From the NCBI RefSeq assembly GCF_027921745.1, contig NC_079238.1, positions 1,984,001-2,048,000 of the forward strand: a DNA stretch of 64,000 nucleotides, given 5' to 3'. This document shows, piece after piece, positions 59,586 through 64,000 of the stretch. The first letter of the stretch is position 1; each line of letters starts with the position of its first letter. A program made the position numbers and the translations under genes. The stretch comes from Schizosaccharomyces osmophilus. Lineage: Eukaryota. Under the pieces are notes generated by a model. It was given only the letters and a program-made list of their open reading frames with translations. It searched no databases and was not told the origin of the DNA.

Positions 59586-61632
59586 ATGGAAAAGCTCGAT
59601 GAAAATAGGATTTCTACAGAAATTGTGAACTCTCCGGATTTAGTTGTAGAAATCAACACCAAAAATCAGGAAAGTGAGAAGACAGTTCGTGCTGTAATTC
59701 GTGAATTGCTAAAAGCTGGGTTTGAAGTTGCTGTTCGAGCAGGCACAGAATCCAGCCTATTTTTATTGGTTAAAGCTCCTGCGGAATTAGTCCTTCAATT
59801 AATTAACAAAGATCGCACTTGTTCATTCCTCTATGGATCGTTGAACGATGTGGAAAATGTCCGAATTTACGACATTGCATTGGTGGATTCAAGCGACCGT
59901 ATTCGAATTCTTTATGAATACATAACTGGTATCAAGAAAGAAAAGTGCCTTGGAATTGTTCCCAGTGAAGAGCCGTACAAAAATTTAGTAGATATTTACC
60001 CTCTTCACAACTCCAATGTGGACCAGAAATGGATGAGCTCATGGAGGTTTAAGTCATTCTTGAAAATCCAAGATTTGGATAAAATCAAATCTGAGTATGG
60101 CTCTCAGGTAAGTTGTTATGGTTGCGTCGGCAAATAATATAGCTGATGATTGTTAGATTGCTCTTCATTTTGCATTCCAAGATACTTTTAGAAACATGCT
60201 TGGTATATTAGCAGTCTGGGGAATTTTGGGTCATTATCTCTTTCAACAATACTCCGTTGTTTATTCCATTGGAATGTCTATATGGGGTATTTGTTTCATT
60301 CAGCTTTGGAAGTATAAAGAAAGCCAGCTGTCTAGGCGTTGGTCTACGAATTATAGTGAGTATTATGAAAAGAGTAGAGAAGAGTTCCATCCTTCTACGG
60401 TACAAGTTAATAATACCTCTGGTACTTTACAATCAAGTTATCCTCATTGGAAAATGGTCCTCCGAAGTTTAATTACAACAGCACCTCTTTTTATCGTTTC
60501 AGGTATAATTCTGTTTATTTTGATATCAATTGCTTTTAGTTTCGATGTGACGCTTACTGAGGTTTATTCGGGCCCGTTCAAGCCAGTGGTCGGTCTTCTT
60601 CCAGCATTAATCTTTCAAATCCTCACCCTTCCTTTTAATATATTCTATACAGTGGTTGCTGAAAAGCTTACAGCATGGGAAAATCAGAGAACGAAAAACA
60701 AGTATCAGTCTTCATTGGGTTCGAAGATCTTTTTACAACACTTTATGCTTTCCTACACAGCTCTTATTTTAATATCATACGTTTATGGACCGTTTGGCGA
60801 ACACCTCATTTCAAACGTCTTGCAGAATAAAGCTGCCAATATGACAATGCAACTTTCTTATATAACGGACTCTAAGTTTAAGTTGAATCCATTAAGACTT
60901 CGCAATCAGTATTTTTATTTTTTGACAAATGCCCAGGTTATTAATTATTTTACAACTCTCGCAGTTCCTCAAATCATTTCTTATTTGAAAAGCTTTGTGA
61001 AATCGAAATTCAGTGCACAGCGCTTGTCAATTCACGACAATGATGCTGAGGCTAAATCTTTGAACTCTATTCGAAAACAATCCGAGCTTTCTAAATATGA
61101 CGAATACAATGACTATAAAGACTTGGTGTTAATTTTTGGTTATCTTGTTATGTTTTCTCCTATTTATCCTTTAGCTCCCCTTATTATGTATGTCAATAGC
61201 TACCTGATGGTTCGCTCTTCAGTATACAAGCTATGTAAGTTGTCAAAACGACCCGTTGCCGCCCGTATCGAATCCATTAAAGATTGGAACCAACGCCTTA
61301 CTTTTATAAGTTGGATGGGTAGTATTACCATGCCTTCGATTAGCTACTTGTATTCGCCTTTGAAGAGTCTTACAAAACAGAAGTTATACTATTCTTTATT
61401 GGTAGGTTTCTTCTCTGAGCATTTATGGTTTTTACTTCGCCATACAATATCATCGCTTTGCCCAATTGAAGAAACACCATCGCTCCTCCTACAAGAGCGT
61501 GAACAATTATTACACGGGAGGATTGAGGAGATCATGCATAGCGTTGGACATCTACAAAAAACGAACCCTTTTGAAGAGAGTTCTGAAGTATTGGCACTCT
61601 ATCGCTCAGCAGAATTCAAGAAAACTATTTAG
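59586..61632 (+). CDS. ist2: Anoctamin/TMEM16-family protein; intron 60108-60156
   Basis: Spliced IKSEYGSQ|IALHFAF; multiple TM segments; LTAWEN and YNDYKDLVLIFGYLVMFSPIYPLAPL. Confidence 0.88.
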
Positions 61633-61917
61633 GAGTTCCCTTCTTGTTCTTTTTTTGTTTTTGTTTTTCTGTAGTTAATATGAATTTATTATATCATCTA
61701 ATTAGACCAAAATAGGTTATGCAAAGCATTCCATGAAACATTGTCCTGGATAAAACTCATGAAGGATGGGGTATGTAAATTATAATGATAGGAAAATTAC
61801 TCCAATAATGCATAATAATGTGCAAAAATTAAAAGAAAGATCAGAAAACAACAGATTAGATCCAAAAATAAAATCACTGATAACCACATAGTTACAGCTT
61901 TTACTTTAAATTAAAAA

Positions 61918-63504
61918 TCAAAAACGCCTATATGATTTTTGTCCTTTTCCTTGAAAAGATCGCGTAGAAGAAGTCCGACGGGGACCACGGTTGCCCATAG
62001 AAGACGACTTTCTCATGATATTCTTCACATATGGACTAGACATCAATTCTGATTTTGCAAGGGGTTCGTCTTCAAGGCCAAATAATTTCAATGCTAACTC
62101 AGTTGGATCACCATTTTTTGAACGATTCTCAAAAATGTAAGATTTTGCAGAGTACAAAGGCTTCAATATATCCGTACGCATATCAACAGGTAAATAGCTC
62201 ATATCCTTGTCAAATTCGGTTCTTTCTTCATCAGATAATTTATTCACTGAGTGATTTTGAATGGGCAACTTGGAAAGATTTCTTAAGAAAACTTGCTCCT
62301 GTTTAGGAACCACTAGGTAAGCCTCACCGCTCTTTCCGGCTCTTCCTGTACGGCCGATGCGATGGATATAATCATCAAGACTTGAAGGACTAAAGATTTG
62401 CACTACTTGAGAAACATTGGGAAAGTCCATTCCACGGGCAACTACATCGGTAGCAAACAAAACTCCTTTCGGGGCTCTACGGAACTTATCAGTGACACGA
62501 CGTCGATCGGTCGTGCTAAGTCGGGAGTGTAGTCCAAAGCATGGGATATTTAAATGACTCCGGAAAAGATCGGCAACGAAATCAACCATTCCAATAGTGG
62601 GAAGAAACACAATGATTCGGGGAGATGGCTGTTTAGATAGCTCTCGTAACAAAGACAGAGAGTCATGAAATAAGGAATCAAATTCTGTCTGAACTACAAA
62701 TTGAGGTACACGTTCGTGTGTAGGAGGCTCATTAGGATCCAAACAGTTTACTATTTTCATCTTATCCCCAAGGATAACCTCAAAAACATCTGACACTTTG
62801 GGCGGCATGGTGGCACTAAAACAAAGTCTTCTAGTAAAAGGACTTGCAACATCGCGATGGATATCTTTAATAGTATCAGCAAACCCCATATCCATTAACC
62901 TGTCAGCTTCATCTAGAACAAAAGAGTTGGCAGTTATCGAGTTTCTCACGACAGGGTTTGAGAGATGATCATTCATACGGCCAGGGGTTGCAATTAAGAT
63001 ATTGGCAAGACCTTTTTGAATTGTCCTCTGTTCCATAATCTTCGAGTTGCCGCCAATACAGAAACCAGTTTTGATATTGGTACCTGGTGTGAGCTTTCTA
63101 GCCTCCTCATAAATCTGTATAGCTAATTCACGCGTGGGACTAAGAATAACAGAATGAATTTTTTTGGAATGCAAAGACGGTTTTCCTTTTAGCATGTCCT
63201 TTATTGCAACCAAGAGGAACGCTAAAGTTTTACCAGTTCCTGTTTTCGCCTGTACGACTGCGTTTTCTTGGTTCGAAAGCACTTCTTGAATAACGCGTCC
63301 TTGAACCGAAGTGGCCTTCAAAAATCCATTATCCGCTAAGTTTTTTTTTACAGGATCAGCAATCCCTTTACTTTCAGAAAACAGTACTTCACTAGGTGGT
63401 ACGGTGGATGCCTCTTGGCTAAGTGAAACCGTTCGGTGGAATGAACGAAGCTGTAAAGGACATCTTGATAAAGCGCTCGCGTACCTGAGCGAAAGTTTTA
63501 TCAT
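61918..63504 (-). CDS. mss116: Mitochondrial DEAD-box RNA helicase
   Basis: Presequence MIKLSLRYASALSR; AKTGTGKT, PTRELA, DEAD, SAT, ARGMDF and HRIGRTGRAG; basic C-terminal tail. Confidence 0.88.
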   Translation of the reverse strand: MIKLSLRYASALSRCPLQLRSFHRTVSLSQEASTVPPSEVLFSESKGIADPVKKNLADNGFLKATSVQGRVIQEVLSNQENAVVQAKTGTGKTLAFLLVAIKDMLKGKPSLHSKKIHSVILSPTRELAIQIYEEARKLTPGTNIKTGFCIGGNSKIMEQRTIQKGLANILIATPGRMNDHLSNPVVRNSITANSFVLDEADRLMDMGFADTIKDIHRDVASPFTRRLCFSATMPPKVSDVFEVILGDKMKIVNCLDPNEPPTHERVPQFVVQTEFDSLFHDSLSLLRELSKQPSPRIIVFLPTIGMVDFVADLFRSHLNIPCFGLHSRLSTTDRRRVTDKFRRAPKGVLFATDVVARGMDFPNVSQVVQIFSPSSLDDYIHRIGRTGRAGKSGEAYLVVPKQEQVFLRNLSKLPIQNHSVNKLSDEERTEFDKDMSYLPVDMRTDILKPLYSAKSYIFENRSKNGDPTELALKLFGLEDEPLAKSELMSSPYVKNIMRKSSSMGNRGPRRTSSTRSFQGKGQKSYRRF

Positions 63505-64000
63505 TTCAATACCAAAAACCCAAGAATTGTATGAGTAATGGATCAAATAGAAATTTTTTTCTGGTAAGCAAAAATGAAGTTGGATTTTAACGGTGAATAA
63601 GTACTAGGGCTAGCTTAGTGTATTGGGTTGGCTCTCGTTGGTAAATAATGCTCCGCGACATTCCTCTTCGTGTATTTCTTCAAAATACTTGATATTTTTA
63701 ATTAAAAAGAAAAAAAAAAGAAAAAAAAATATTACTTCTATACTAAAAGCTTTTTTGAATACTATAAAACTTAAAACTGAAGCTTCATATTGCCAACTTC
63801 GTACTTCAGAGCGGTTGAGTTCTAGCTACAACGATTTGGTTTTCTTCGACGATCATTCATTCTCGTAATATTTGCAATCAAATACAAAAATTTTTAAAGC
63901 TGTCGTGTTCCAATAAGTCTAAGCAAAACTCATTCAGCAAGGTTCAAGACGGCATTGGAAGAAAGTGAGTGTAAGTCAAAACTCGAGCGTGAAGGAAAAA

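Overview
Gene-dense fission-yeast (Schizosaccharomyces) chromosomal DNA. Gene content and order match, from recall, the S. pombe chromosome II ivn1-his3-mok12-act1-mei4-cdk9-git5-mis15-prp5-abo2-mrd1-ist2-mss116 block. The proteins look diverged from S. pombe, so this is probably a sister species (octosporus/cryophilus/osmophilus clade; the species cannot be fixed from the sequence alone). I can support 28 protein-coding genes, with introns placed by hand from GT..branch..AG signals and frame continuity, and one intronless tRNA-Trp(CCA). I saw no transposon, CRISPR array or prokaryotic-type system. The most interesting signals are not in the ORF track: (1) a candidate multi-microexon gene between nrk1 and abo2; (2) an alg2 intron whose branch point lies about 100 nt from the 3' splice site, bridged by a hairpin; (3) a roughly 95-nt hairpin filling the intron of a YBL028C-like gene; (4) an RFX X-box plus forkhead module upstream of wdr8; (5) an Mmi1 DSR hexamer cluster inside the mei4 CDS; (6) forkhead/FLEX sites before mok12, omh5, mug93 and mis15; (7) a nested dyad with hotspot-type motifs in the bem46/nep2 divergent region. 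Gene symbols are recalled S. pombe orthologue names, not database results.
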